A stretch of 64,000 bases of DNA from Thermodesulfobacteriota bacterium (GCA_049320885.1 JBMORA010000018.1:32001-96000), one strand, 5' to 3'. Counted from the stretch's first letter, positions 36,738-47,120 are shown. The notes: generated by a model not told the origin, from the sequence alone. Translations and numbers: made by a program.

Positions 36738-39229
36738 CGGTCGCTCCCGGCGGCCAGCAACTCCCGCAGGGCCGTCTGGCGTTTGCTGGTGTCCTGATTG
36801 CGGACAGCCATGGCCAATGCCTTGCGGGTGCCCACAAAAACCGCCAGTTTGCGCGCCCGGGTCAGACCGGTGTAGATCAGGTTTTTGAACAGCATGGTGT
36901 AATGCTGGCTGAGCACCGGGATGATCACCGCCGCAAACTCGCTGCCCTGGGATTTGTGGATGGTGATGGCGTAAGCCAGATCCAGCTCCATGATATCCTC
37001 CCGCTGATACCGGACCTCCCGGTCGTCCGGATAAAAGGACACGACGCAGGTCAGCTCCTCGTTGTCGATCTCTCGGATCACGCCGATGTCGCCGTTGAAC
37101 ACCCCCAGGTCATAATTGTTTCGGCGATGGATGACCCGGTCCCCTTCGCGGAAGATGCGCTCGCCCACTTTCAGCTGACGCTTTCCCGCGGAAACCGGGT
37201 TGGCCGATTCCTGAATCAAACCGTTCAAGGCAATGGTTCCGAGGCTGCCCCTGGTCATGGGCGACAAGATCTGAATTTCACAGCGGTCGCCGAAATATTT
37301 CGGGATCCACTCCAGGTAGAGTTTCCGGACGACATCCGACGCGGTCAGTTCATAGCGCAGCGAGGACCAGGGATGGACTTTTTTCACAACCGCCATCAGT
37401 TCCTCGATCCGATTGCCGGCATGGTACACCTCTTCCAGATTCACGTGCTGAAACTTCTTTGGGACGACCAGTTCCGTCTCGTATGGGACCAACTCCTCAC
37501 CGACGCGGAATTCATACGGATTGGCTTCGCTCTCCGTTTCCCTGGCGGCGATTTTCAGGTCGAAAAACCGTTTTACGCGGGCCACGAAGCCGAGCTGTTC
37601 CCGGGTTGCTTCATCCGAGTCCAGGAACAGGCAATCGGCGCCGGTTCTCCATATGTCCGGTTGTTTAAAAGGGGAATCGATATACGGCAATTCACCTTGA
37701 TTGATCTGGTGGGCATACGTGATGATCCGGGACTGCTCGGCCTGCCGGAAAATCCGGGTCAACTGAAAACACGGCACCCGGCCGGAAGCGATGATATCCT
37801 TGAGGACATTCCCGGCCCCCACCGCTGGAAGTTGATCGGCGTCCCCGATGAACAGGGCCTGGCTGTCCAACGGCACGGCCTTCAGCAGGGAGGCGGTCAG
37901 ACTGACATCCAGCATGGAGCTTTCGTCCACGATCAGAAAATCCATTGCCAGGGGGGAGTCTTCGTTTTTTTTAAAACCGCCGTTCTGCCATTCCAGCAGC
38001 CGGTGGATGGTTTTGGATTCCTTGCCGATGACATCGGCCATGCGTTGCGCGGCCCGTCCCGTGGGCGCGGCCAGCAGCACCTTGCGATTCATGGCTTCCA
38101 GCAGTTTGACCAGTACCAGGGTCGTGAGGGTTTTTCCCACTCCGGGGCCGCCGGTCAGGATGGAAAACTGCCGCCCCGCTATGCCCGTGACAGCTGCGGC
38201 CTGCTCGTCGCTCAAATGGATGCCGCGCACACGGCAATATTGGGAAATCCAGCTTCGAACCCGCCGGGTATCCAGCGGCAGCATCGTTTTCATGCCGGCG
38301 ATTCTTCCGGCCACATACTGCTCGTCGTAATACAAGGACTTGGAGTAGTAACAGGGTTCGCCCGCATCCGCGGATATCAACAGCCGGCGAACCTTCAAGA
38401 GCCCTTCCTGTTCCATTTTCCGGAGCATCTCCGGCAACCGGTCCGCCACATCCAGCCCCAGCAGTTCCCCCGCCTGACGTCGGATTTGCGATTCCGTCAG
38501 GTAACAATGCCCGTCCTGCCGTCCGGCCGAAAGGACATGTTTGATGCCGGCCATGATCCGCCGGGGGCTATCCGGCCCAAATCCGATGCTGAGGGCCACC
38601 TTGTCGGCTGAAAAAAATCCGATCCCGTAAAAATCATCGGCCAGCCGGTAGGGGTCTTCGGTCACCTGGGCGATGGCCTTATCTCCGTATTCCTTGTAAA
38701 TCCTTACGGCATACAGCGTGCTGATACCGTGGGATTGCAAAAACATCATGACTTCCCGGACGGCCCGATGCTCCGCCCAGGCGGCGGTGATCATGGCGAG
38801 CTTCTTCCTGGCGATGCCGGGAACTTCGGTAAGCCTTGCGATGTCCCCTTCAAAGACGTCCAGGGTTTCCCTGCCGAAATGTTTGACGATCTTGGCGGCC
38901 GTTTTCGGCCCCACGCCGTTGATGAGCCCGGAACCGAGATATTTTTCAAGCGCGGCGCTGGTCGCCGGTTTGATTTCCATTGCCGTGGTGGAATGAAACT
39001 GCCGGCCGTGTCTGGGATGAATCGTCCAGGCGCCGTGAAATTCCATGGTGGCGCCGGCGAACACCTTTGTCTGGTGAACAATGACGGTTTCCTGGCCGTG
39101 GGGGTTGTCAAACGGCGCAACCCGGAGCACGGACCAGCCGTTCTCGGCATTATGGTAGGTAACCCGGCTGACGATGCCCCGGATCGTTTCCGCGATCGTG
39201 CCGGTTTTGATCAGCGCCTGCTGTCCCAT
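36731..39229 (-). CDS. recD2: ATP-dependent RecD2 DNA helicase
   Basis: HhH N-terminus, GGPGVGKT, APTGRAA, VDESSM, GDADQL, FRQA, YAITIHKSQGSE and YTGLTRA motifs. Confidence 0.95.
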   Translation of the reverse strand: MGQQALIKTGTIAETIRGIVSRVTYHNAENGWSVLRVAPFDNPHGQETVIVHQTKVFAGATMEFHGAWTIHPRHGRQFHSTTAMEIKPATSAALEKYLGSGLINGVGPKTAAKIVKHFGRETLDVFEGDIARLTEVPGIARKKLAMITAAWAEHRAVREVMMFLQSHGISTLYAVRIYKEYGDKAIAQVTEDPYRLADDFYGIGFFSADKVALSIGFGPDSPRRIMAGIKHVLSAGRQDGHCYLTESQIRRQAGELLGLDVADRLPEMLRKMEQEGLLKVRRLLISADAGEPCYYSKSLYYDEQYVAGRIAGMKTMLPLDTRRVRSWISQYCRVRGIHLSDEQAAAVTGIAGRQFSILTGGPGVGKTLTTLVLVKLLEAMNRKVLLAAPTGRAAQRMADVIGKESKTIHRLLEWQNGGFKKNEDSPLAMDFLIVDESSMLDVSLTASLLKAVPLDSQALFIGDADQLPAVGAGNVLKDIIASGRVPCFQLTRIFRQAEQSRIITYAHQINQGELPYIDSPFKQPDIWRTGADCLFLDSDEATREQLGFVARVKRFFDLKIAARETESEANPYEFRVGEELVPYETELVVPKKFQHVNLEEVYHAGNRIEELMAVVKKVHPWSSLRYELTASDVVRKLYLEWIPKYFGDRCEIQILSPMTRGSLGTIALNGLIQESANPVSAGKRQLKVGERIFREGDRVIHRRNNYDLGVFNGDIGVIREIDNEELTCVVSFYPDDREVRYQREDIMELDLAYAITIHKSQGSEFAAVIIPVLSQHYTMLFKNLIYTGLTRARKLAVFVGTRKALAMAVRNQDTSKRQTALRELLAAGSDRQ

Positions 39230-39288
39230 ACACTCAAGATTCCATTCCCGGCCGTTGTTGGATGGAACATGCTGCCTTTCTCAGGTCA

Positions 39289-40245
39289 TCAGAAATCATA
39301 ACGGAGGGAGAAGGCGAAGGGTTTGTCAACCGAAAAGCGCACCTCCAAGGCCTTCAGGCGACCTGCGAAATGGCGGCGCTGTTCGCGGTTGTATTTATGG
39401 GCATCCGAGACGGCCCCATAGATGTTGCCGGCATAAAAACCCAGACCCACCAGGCTGATCAGTCCGCCCAGGGCATGGAGTTCATTGTCGAAGGATTCAA
39501 CGGCGGCAATCCCGAAGGCGGTATTGACCAGCAAGGCGGTGACGGCGTCCTGATAGCGACCGCAATACAACTGCCCGCCCCCCGGAATGATGGACAAGCC
39601 ACCGGCGACCCAGGGATTTTTTTTCGGAATCCGATCGGCCTGATCCAACTCCGCCGTCAGCGGGTCCAGCCGGTAATCATCGCGGCTCGCCGGGTCGATC
39701 CTGCCGAAGCACTTCCGCGAGGCCTCGAAGGAATCAAAAGGAGTGTTCTTTCCCTCCGCCCACAGACGCTCCAGATGAATCCATCCCAGCACATAATGGG
39801 CCGCGTCTTTTTCATCCGGATCATCGGTGATCGTCGCCAGGTTGTTCATAACCGTCATCGCGGCAGCGGTTTCCCCCATATCCAAATAGCATCGGCTGAT
39901 CATATAACAGGTTGAAAACCACGGTCCGCCGAAATCATGCCCATCGATCATCCGGCGGAAGGACCGGATGGCCAAGCGGTAATCCCGGGAGCGGTAATGG
40001 GAAATCCCGATCCGGTAGGCCGCCTCGTCGGCTCGCGAGTCATCAGGGAAATAATGGATAAAACGCTGATATTCGGCGGCGGCCTGCCGGTAGTCCTGTT
40101 GTTCGAACAATATCCGGGCGTATTGATACTGATCGTCGGCCTGGATATCGAAGGCCCCGGCATCGACGCTGGAAATGGTCAGCAGCCAGAGAATTAAGGG
40201 CGGAATGAAGCGGAAACCGTCAAGGAGAATCCGGCCCATGGTCAT
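39289..40245 (-). CDS. Exported TPR (BamD/YfiO-like) protein with C-terminal TM2-like membrane segment
   Basis: Signal peptide, TPR repeats (EYQRFIHYFP...), and KKNPWVAGGLSIIPGGGQLY. Start uncertain. Confidence 0.7.
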   Translation of the reverse strand: MTMGRILLDGFRFIPPLILWLLTISSVDAGAFDIQADDQYQYARILFEQQDYRQAAAEYQRFIHYFPDDSRADEAAYRIGISHYRSRDYRLAIRSFRRMIDGHDFGGPWFSTCYMISRCYLDMGETAAAMTVMNNLATITDDPDEKDAAHYVLGWIHLERLWAEGKNTPFDSFEASRKCFGRIDPASRDDYRLDPLTAELDQADRIPKKNPWVAGGLSIIPGGGQLYCGRYQDAVTALLVNTAFGIAAVESFDNELHALGGLISLVGLGFYAGNIYGAVSDAHKYNREQRRHFAGRLKALEVRFSVDKPFAFSLRYDF

Positions 40246-40621
40246 CCTGGAGAGACATGCCGCTGTCCGGCAGCCAGAAATCGTTGTTGTCAACCGGATC
40301 AAGGCCCAATACCACTCCATCCACGGTAATCGATTCGGCATGCTGCAATTCGTCCCGGCCGCAACGCATCAGCCGATCGCTGGTCATGATCCAGCCGAAA
40401 ACGACGCCGTGCCGGTGAAAGGCTTCCACCGCATACTGCGAACAGGATGGCGCCAGGCTGCAGCGATCGCCGTCCACCCCGGAGATGGTCTCCTGAAACA
40501 TCCGCAGCGGCAGCAGCCAGCCGGCGCCCCCCCCGGTCTCCGGCCCCCCGTCTCCCGGCTCTTCATGGCACCAAACCCCTTCCGCCGGTGCCATTACCAG
40601 CATCACTGCCAGCAGGATCAA
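40220..40621 (-). CDS. YidD-like (haemolytic-domain) protein with signal peptide
   Basis: FQETISGVDGDRCSLAPSCSQYAVEAFHRHG...DRLMRC matches the YidD Cys pattern. Confidence 0.8.
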   Translation of the reverse strand: MILLAVMLVMAPAEGVWCHEEPGDGGPETGGGAGWLLPLRMFQETISGVDGDRCSLAPSCSQYAVEAFHRHGVVFGWIMTSDRLMRCGRDELQHAESITVDGVVLGLDPVDNNDFWLPDSGMSLQDDHGPDSP

Positions 40622-40728
40622 CCAGACCGTCCGGCAAACACTTATTGATCGACGATCGACAATCGATGGTTTGCGGTTTTCAGCTGATGGTTGAAACGGA
40701 TATAAAATCGATCCCCATCCTCCATTTT

Positions 40729-40754
40729 TAATTCGTAATTCCTAATTCGTAATT
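40729..40754. repeat. Short heptamer tandem repeat (TAATTCG/TAATTCC), about 3.7 copies
   Basis: taattcg taattcc taattcg taatt, directly after the gspE stop. Confidence 0.6.
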
Positions 40755-42489
40755 ATCTTTGTGTCACCCGCAACACTTCCGCGATACTGGTGATGCCGCG
40801 CAGTACTTTCAGGATTCCGTCCCCCCGCAGGGTGACCATTCCCTGCCGGACCGCCTCCTGTTTGATCAGGTTGGAGTCAAAGGTTTCCAAAACCAGCTTT
40901 TTCATGCGGGCATCCATGATCAGGATTTCAGTAATACTGATCCTTCCCCGATACCCGGTGTTGAAACAACGCTCGCAACCCCTGGCCCGGAAAATCGAGC
41001 TCTGGCGCGCCTGTTCCTCGCCGACGCCGATGCTCTTCAGGGTGGCCTCGTCGGGCATGTACGGTTCCCGGCAATCGGTGCAGAGAACTCTCACCAGGCG
41101 CTGGGCCATGACCGCGATCACCGAGGAGGAAATCAGGAAGGGCTCGATCCCGATGTCCACCAGCCGGGTGATGGCGCTGGCCGAATCATTGGTGTGCAGG
41201 GTGGAAAACACCAGATGACCGGTGAGGGCGGACTGAACGGCGATATCAGCGGTTTCCTTGTCGCGGATTTCGCCCACCAGCATGACATCCGGGTCCTGGC
41301 GCATGATGGAACGCAGCCCCCGGGCGAATGTCAGGCCGATTTTCGGACTGACCTGAATCTGGCCGATACCCTGGATTTGATATTCAACCGGGTCTTCAAT
41401 GGTGATGATGTTGATATCCGGCTTGTTGATGGTGGACAGAATGGCATACAGGGTCGTGGTCTTGCCGCTTCCGGTTGGTCCGGTCACCAGGATGATGCCG
41501 TTGGGCGCCGTGATCAGGTCCTTGATCAAAACCAGCTTGTCCGGCTCAAACCCGATATCCGTCAATTCCAGCAGGGCGCTGGCCTTGTTCAACAGACGCA
41601 ACACCACCCGCTCGCCGAAGGAAATCGGAATTGTGGATACCCGGATATCGATCACCTGGTCTCCCTTGCGGACTTCAATTCTTCCGTCCTGGGGCAGCCG
41701 CTTTTCCGCTATATTCATGCGGGCCATGACCTTGATCCTGGAAATCAGCGCCGCCTGAATCCATTTGGGCGGTTTCAGCGAGTCATACAAGATTCCATCC
41801 ACGCGATAACGCACCTTGAAACTGTCCTGGTAAGGCTCCACATGAATGTCGCTGGCTCCGGCCTTGATCGCCTGGGACAGGATATGGTTAACCAGTTTGA
41901 TGATGGGGGCGTCACTGGTGTCGTCCAGGAGATCGGCGGTTTCCTCGATGGTGTCGATGATGGTGCTGCCGTTTTCCTCCATGTCCTGGACCAGTTGCTG
42001 GGCGGAATCCGTCCCATGGTCAAAGGACAGGTTGATGGCCGTCAAAATGGCTTCCCGGGTCGACAACACCAGCTGATGCGATTCAACCCCCAGCAGACGG
42101 ACCAGGTCGTCAACGGGCTGGAAATTGGTGGGATTGTTGACGGCGATCAGACAGCCGCCGGCGTCTTGCCCGGCCACGGGTTGTTTCCCCGATCCCGGCA
42201 AGGGTTCGCTCCCCCGCATGGGCACCATGACATTTTTTTTCAGAAATTGAATCGACACCAGGCGGGTCAAATCAGGCCGGATATTGCCGATGGACAGCTC
42301 CGGCAGAAACGGAATATTGTAGTGAATGCTGTAGGCTTCCAGCAACTGTCTTTCGGTCAGGATCTTCCTCTCGATCAATACGTCGCCGAGACAGCCCGTG
42401 CCGGCGATTTTCTCCGCCAGGGCCTTGTGGTAGACGTCTTCCGGTATTCCGAAATATTGCTGCAACGTATGCTGAAAGGATGTATTCAT
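40753..42489 (-). CDS. gspE: Type II secretion ATPase GspE
   Basis: ASDIHVEP, RLPQDGR, GPTGSGKTT, EDPVE, RQDPD, GEIRD, STLHTND and the CxxC...CxxC zinc motif. Confidence 0.96.
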   Translation of the reverse strand: MNTSFQHTLQQYFGIPEDVYHKALAEKIAGTGCLGDVLIERKILTERQLLEAYSIHYNIPFLPELSIGNIRPDLTRLVSIQFLKKNVMVPMRGSEPLPGSGKQPVAGQDAGGCLIAVNNPTNFQPVDDLVRLLGVESHQLVLSTREAILTAINLSFDHGTDSAQQLVQDMEENGSTIIDTIEETADLLDDTSDAPIIKLVNHILSQAIKAGASDIHVEPYQDSFKVRYRVDGILYDSLKPPKWIQAALISRIKVMARMNIAEKRLPQDGRIEVRKGDQVIDIRVSTIPISFGERVVLRLLNKASALLELTDIGFEPDKLVLIKDLITAPNGIILVTGPTGSGKTTTLYAILSTINKPDINIITIEDPVEYQIQGIGQIQVSPKIGLTFARGLRSIMRQDPDVMLVGEIRDKETADIAVQSALTGHLVFSTLHTNDSASAITRLVDIGIEPFLISSSVIAVMAQRLVRVLCTDCREPYMPDEATLKSIGVGEEQARQSSIFRARGCERCFNTGYRGRISITEILIMDARMKKLVLETFDSNLIKQEAVRQGMVTLRGDGILKVLRGITSIAEVLRVTQR

Positions 42490-42534
42490 AAGTTTTTTTC
42501 AGTACGAATCCATACCGCCGGGAATCGATTCGGC

Positions 42535-44661
42535 TTATTCGCCGATTATTTTCTTTTCGGATTTCATTCTCCAGGAATCGGCTTCACTCTTGTACAGCTT
42601 GATTTGTCCCGCCTTCATGATCTGCTCGATTTCGGCTTTCTTGCGTTCCTTTATTTCCAGCGCCTCCGCCGGATTTTTAATGATATGGGGCGTCAGGAAA
42701 AAATAGAGATCCGTCTTACCGCTCGCATTGGTAACACTTTTAAACAACCAACCCACCATCGGGATATCTCCCAGGCAGGGAATGGAGGAATCGGACTTGC
42801 TCAGGCTGTCGTCGATCAAGCCGCCGATGACCACCGTATTGCGATCATTGACGATCACCGTGGTTTCCACCGTACGCTTCAGGGTTGTCGGGGTGGTCTC
42901 TTCCGTGTTGGTATTGGCGGCCGTGTCCAGCTTGGTCACCTCCAGGGAAATATTCAGCCGCACCAGTTTGTCCTTGCTGATCTGGGGGGTAACCTTCAAT
43001 TTATTGCCCACGTCCTTATACTCGTAATTGCGGTAGATATCCGTGATGGCCGTGCTGGCGCTGCCCTGCTTGGTCAGATACGGCACGTTGAGTCCCACGG
43101 TGATGGTGGCCTCCTGGTTATCCGTGGTGACGATCTGGGGTGTCGACAGGATATGAATTCCCTGCTCCTTTTTGGCCGCCTGAATCACCGCGGCCAGCGA
43201 CGGAAACTTGACCCCGTTGATATCGATGGTTTCCCCGAACACGCCCATGGAAAGACCCGCCGGATATGACGCCAGCCCCGCAGTGGTGGCGCTCGTGGCG
43301 CTCGTTGTGGCCGCCCCGGCTATGATTTCGCCGATACGACCATACGGGATATCCGTGCTGCCGCTGTAGCCGCCGCCGACGGCTCCGGTCTTGCCCTTGT
43401 ATTTGGCCTCGCCGGTCACCATCCATTCCGTGCCGACGCTGAAGCCCTTGTTCACATCCACTTCCATCATCAGGCATTCGATATACACCATGGCCCGGGG
43501 GATATCGAGCTTTTGGATGATTTCCTCCAGGGCCATATAGTCATCCTTGTCCGCCATGATGATCAGGCTGTTGGTGGCCTTGTCCGCCGTAATTTTCACT
43601 TTATCGGAAACCACCGGCTGGGCGGCCTTGCCGGCCCCGCCCTGAACCGCGGATACCGTATCCGCCGGCCCCTTGGAAGGCAGCAGCAGCAAAACCTTGG
43701 CCATGTCTTCGGCCACGGCGTGTTCCAGGTAATAGACATGAATATTCCCTTTACCCCGGGGTACATCCTTGTCCAGCAACTCGATGAGTTTTTTGGCCCG
43801 CAAGGTGTCCACCTCGCTGGCCAGCAATATAATGGTGTTGGTGCGCTCATCGGCGACGAACTTGGTGGTTTCGACGGTGGGGACGGCGGGAGGAGGCATT
43901 CTGACTCCTGTCCGTGAATCTTCCTTGAAAATCGTTTCCAGAATTTTCACCAATTTGGCGGCGTCGGCCGCCACCAGCGGGATGATGGAAATCTCACGGC
44001 CGATTCCGGTGACATCAATGGCGTCTATGATGCGCATCAGCCGCTGGATATTCGAATAGATATCGGTCATGATCAGCATGTTGGTCTGGGGATAGGACAG
44101 CATGACGCTGTTTTTGGAGATCAGCGGCGCCAGCAGCCGCTTCACCTCCTCCGCGCCGGCATATTTCAGCGGAACAATCTGGGTGACGATTTTATCGTCC
44201 GTTTCCCGCCGCGATTCCTTCAGGAGGGTGTCGATGTTTTTGGTGCGCGCATCCGGCGCCGGAACGATTTTCACGATTTCACCGGCCTTCACGGTTGCAA
44301 AACCGTGAACCTCCAAAACCGATTCGAAAACCTTGAAAGCCTCCTTTTCAGTGATTTTGGAAGGAGAAATAATCGTGACCTTGCCCTTGACGCGCTCGTC
44401 CACCACGAAGTTCTTCCCGGTCAGCTCACTGATGAACTTAATAAACACCTGGATGTCCACATTATTGAAATCAATCGAAACATAGCGTTTGGCCGGATCG
44501 GCCGGACTTTTGACGGCATCGGGTCCGGTCCGGGGAACCTTGGCCGGGGCCGCCGGCGAAGCCGTCTGGGCGTAAAGGCCGTTGGAAAACGCCAGCAGCC
44601 AAGCAATGATGAGGGCCATCCACCGCGCCCGCCTCTTGTCGATCATGTACAATGCAGTCAT
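42535..44661 (-). CDS. gspD: Type II secretion secretin GspD
   Basis: N0 (IDFNNVDI..FIKFISELTGKNFVVD), N1-N3 domains, and secretin motifs IPCLGDIP..GWLFK and FLTPHII. Confidence 0.96.
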   Translation of the reverse strand: MTALYMIDKRRARWMALIIAWLLAFSNGLYAQTASPAAPAKVPRTGPDAVKSPADPAKRYVSIDFNNVDIQVFIKFISELTGKNFVVDERVKGKVTIISPSKITEKEAFKVFESVLEVHGFATVKAGEIVKIVPAPDARTKNIDTLLKESRRETDDKIVTQIVPLKYAGAEEVKRLLAPLISKNSVMLSYPQTNMLIMTDIYSNIQRLMRIIDAIDVTGIGREISIIPLVAADAAKLVKILETIFKEDSRTGVRMPPPAVPTVETTKFVADERTNTIILLASEVDTLRAKKLIELLDKDVPRGKGNIHVYYLEHAVAEDMAKVLLLLPSKGPADTVSAVQGGAGKAAQPVVSDKVKITADKATNSLIIMADKDDYMALEEIIQKLDIPRAMVYIECLMMEVDVNKGFSVGTEWMVTGEAKYKGKTGAVGGGYSGSTDIPYGRIGEIIAGAATTSATSATTAGLASYPAGLSMGVFGETIDINGVKFPSLAAVIQAAKKEQGIHILSTPQIVTTDNQEATITVGLNVPYLTKQGSASTAITDIYRNYEYKDVGNKLKVTPQISKDKLVRLNISLEVTKLDTAANTNTEETTPTTLKRTVETTVIVNDRNTVVIGGLIDDSLSKSDSSIPCLGDIPMVGWLFKSVTNASGKTDLYFFLTPHIIKNPAEALEIKERKKAEIEQIMKAGQIKLYKSEADSWRMKSEKKIIGE

Positions 44662-44744
44662 CTCTTTATCCCGATATCCGTATCTGCCATGCTGTTACAG
44701 GTTCCCGGCGCCAGGTCCGGCGCATGGTAATGACGGTTCCTCTT

Positions 44745-45602
44745 CTATTTGATCATGTACTCGATGGTTCTCGGCCGCCCCTGCCGTTTGATTTCCAAGG
44801 TCAACCCGCTGGACGACCGGATGCTTTCATAAAATTTCAGGGCGTCATCCACGGATTCGATCCGCTGACCATCCACCCCGGTGATGACATCGCCATTGCG
44901 CAGCCCCATCCGCCGGAAAATCGATTGCGGATTGACGCTGCTGAGCATCAGGCCTTCGGGCTGACCGTTCTCAAAATACGGCCGCACCTTGACCTGACCC
45001 ATCAGTTCACTGACATTCTGCATGGCCGTATCGATCTGGGAACGCATCAGAGTGATCCGTTGGGCCCCGGCTCCGACTACGGACGCGGGCCCAGCCAGGG
45101 GTTGCGGCCCCCCCATGGTGACGCCGGGCTTTTCTTCCATGGACAGTTTTTCATCCCGTCCGTTCACCGTGAGCACCACCTGCTCCCGCAGGATCAATTT
45201 CAAAACCGCGTTCTGGATCGTGTCCCCTTCCCGATACAAATCCTGTCTGCGTTCCTTGGTGTCCTCGATGACGGCATAAGCTCCCTGGTCCTTGTCACGC
45301 GTGACCGTACCCCACAGTTTGAGACTCAGCTCCGTCTGTTTCATCCCCTCCAGAATTTTATCGTCCGGAATCGCCCCCGCCGCCGTTTTGCGGGTCTGGA
45401 ACAAATTCCTGCGGATGATCTCGTTATAGGCCGAAAGCGGCTGGACAGCCTTGTCCGCTGTCATGGTCGGAGGCACCGTGGACGAATCCGCCGGCTCAAC
45501 CAAAACCGGCGATAGCGTCGCCAGACGGTAGCATCCCTTGACCCCGAAAAAGGAAAGGAAAGCGATCAGCACCAGATTGATGATGGTAAACACGTGGTTC
45601 AT
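44745..45602 (-). CDS. gspC: Type II secretion protein GspC (HR + PDZ domains)
   Basis: N-terminal TM, LKLWGTV...AVIED HR domain, and PDZ segment GLRNGDVITGVDG. Confidence 0.92.
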   Translation of the reverse strand: MNHVFTIINLVLIAFLSFFGVKGCYRLATLSPVLVEPADSSTVPPTMTADKAVQPLSAYNEIIRRNLFQTRKTAAGAIPDDKILEGMKQTELSLKLWGTVTRDKDQGAYAVIEDTKERRQDLYREGDTIQNAVLKLILREQVVLTVNGRDEKLSMEEKPGVTMGGPQPLAGPASVVGAGAQRITLMRSQIDTAMQNVSELMGQVKVRPYFENGQPEGLMLSSVNPQSIFRRMGLRNGDVITGVDGQRIESVDDALKFYESIRSSSGLTLEIKRQGRPRTIEYMIK

Positions 45603-45636
45603 TATCCAGGTCTCCGCAACCCTTTCCAGCCAGCCA

Positions 45637-46500
45637 TTATCGCAGGGAAAATTTCGGATTTTGGGCCGTACCGTCGATACGGAAAGCAATACTTTTTTTC
45701 CCCGCGTTTTTCAATAGCGCATCCAATGGGAGCTTGCGCCGCAATTTATCCAGCAGCAGGGGCTGGGGCGTCGCTTCCCCCGTCAGATTGAGAATGCTGT
45801 TTTGCACCGGAGTTCGGATCATGATCGATCCGGTGATGCTTCCGTCCACGTCCGCCCCCCTGGTTTTCAACCGATCGATGGTCAGACGGTTGTTCGTCAT
45901 CGTAAGGCCGGCCTCCATCTCGTCAAACGTGAGTTGATCAATGCCGTAATACGGTTCCGCAAGCTCGATCCCGGCCGCCGTCAGGCGCACATTCGTCTGG
46001 GCGGACCGGTCCATGGGGCCGTCCGCGGCGATCAGCAGACTGCCGGCAAGTTTGCCGGACAATTCATGGGGAATCCATTGTTTCAGCTTCGCCATATCCT
46101 GCAGCTCAATATCCGCGAATCTCGCCTCCACTGAAAATCGCCCCGGCTTTTGCAGGGAAACCACGGCATCGCCCGAAATCCCTCCGCCAAAGGCCTCGCA
46201 TTGAAAGCCCAGCGGGACGTCCTGGCCCAAGACGAATCGCCAGCCCACGGACAATTTCAGTTTCCCGACATCCAGCAGCTTCTGGTTTTGATAATACAGC
46301 CCCAGATTCCGAAAAGTCAGTCCAGGGGGAAAAGCCGGCCGGACATCGCCGATGTCCATATCCAATTCCGGCACATTCTGGCGCAAGTAAACGCCCACCC
46401 GGTTTTTCGTCTCCTCCGCGGGGAACAGGTAATAGACGAAAAACAAAATGGTCAACAGACTGTATCCGGAGTATAAAAAAACGATTTTTGTTCTGCTCAT
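45637..46500 (-). CDS. gspN: Type II secretion protein GspN
   Basis: N-terminal TM ending YYLFP, beta-rich body, C-terminal GTAQNP; position after gspM. Confidence 0.82.
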   Translation of the reverse strand: MSRTKIVFLYSGYSLLTILFFVYYLFPAEETKNRVGVYLRQNVPELDMDIGDVRPAFPPGLTFRNLGLYYQNQKLLDVGKLKLSVGWRFVLGQDVPLGFQCEAFGGGISGDAVVSLQKPGRFSVEARFADIELQDMAKLKQWIPHELSGKLAGSLLIAADGPMDRSAQTNVRLTAAGIELAEPYYGIDQLTFDEMEAGLTMTNNRLTIDRLKTRGADVDGSITGSIMIRTPVQNSILNLTGEATPQPLLLDKLRRKLPLDALLKNAGKKSIAFRIDGTAQNPKFSLR

Positions 46501-46528
46501 ATCCCTTCACGGCTTCTATCGCCGTCGA

Positions 46529-47098
46529 TTAAGACTCGAAGGTTTCCACTTGCATCACCACCACCAGGGCCGCATCCTGCTTGTCCTTCTTGGTGATCGA
46601 AAGCCGTTTGACGTTCACCAGTTTACCGGCGGTTTCCACGCCGTACAAAAAATTCGTCAGCTGTTCCAAAGATATATTCCGCAGTTCCATTTCCACTATG
46701 GATTTTTTTAACTGACTGTTGGGGCTGGCGGACTCAGATGGTTTCATGTAGCTGATGTTGTCTTTTACACCGGCGGCTCCGGCCAACTTGTCGAGAAAGG
46801 AAAACAGGGTAAATCCCTTTTCCCGCATGGCCACCAACTGGGAAGATCGCTCGGTTTCCTGCCGCAGCGCCTCGTATTCCTTGGTCAGGATCCGGATTTC
46901 ATTCAGCGTCGCCATTCTGCCTGTTACAGCTGTCCGCATCCGTTTATGTTTTGCAAAAATGGGCGCCACGAGGAGTTGAAACAGCAGCAACGCCAGCAGA
47001 ATACCGGCGGCGGAATACACCACCAGCCGCTCCCGCCGGTTCAGCTTTCTTTCGATGTACAGTTTCAGTTTCCCGATCGTTGCCGCTTTGATGTTCAT
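46529..47098 (-). CDS. gspM: Type II secretion protein GspM
   Basis: LNRRER + TM + coiled coil + ferredoxin-like C-terminus. Confidence 0.85.
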   Translation of the reverse strand: MNIKAATIGKLKLYIERKLNRRERLVVYSAAGILLALLLFQLLVAPIFAKHKRMRTAVTGRMATLNEIRILTKEYEALRQETERSSQLVAMREKGFTLFSFLDKLAGAAGVKDNISYMKPSESASPNSQLKKSIVEMELRNISLEQLTNFLYGVETAGKLVNVKRLSITKKDKQDAALVVVMQVETFES

Positions 47099-47120
47099 TC
47101 CTGGAACGCCCGACTGTATA

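Noticed and set aside
36734..38611. 625-aa plus-strand ORF
   Set aside because: Antisense shadow of recD2.
40759..43269. 836-aa plus-strand ORF
   Set aside because: Antisense shadow of gspE/gspD caused by GC-rich codon bias; no recognisable motifs.
43280..43320. 9-bp tandem repeat in gspD (ATTSATSATT)
   Set aside because: Low-complexity Thr/Ser/Ala loops are common in secretins.
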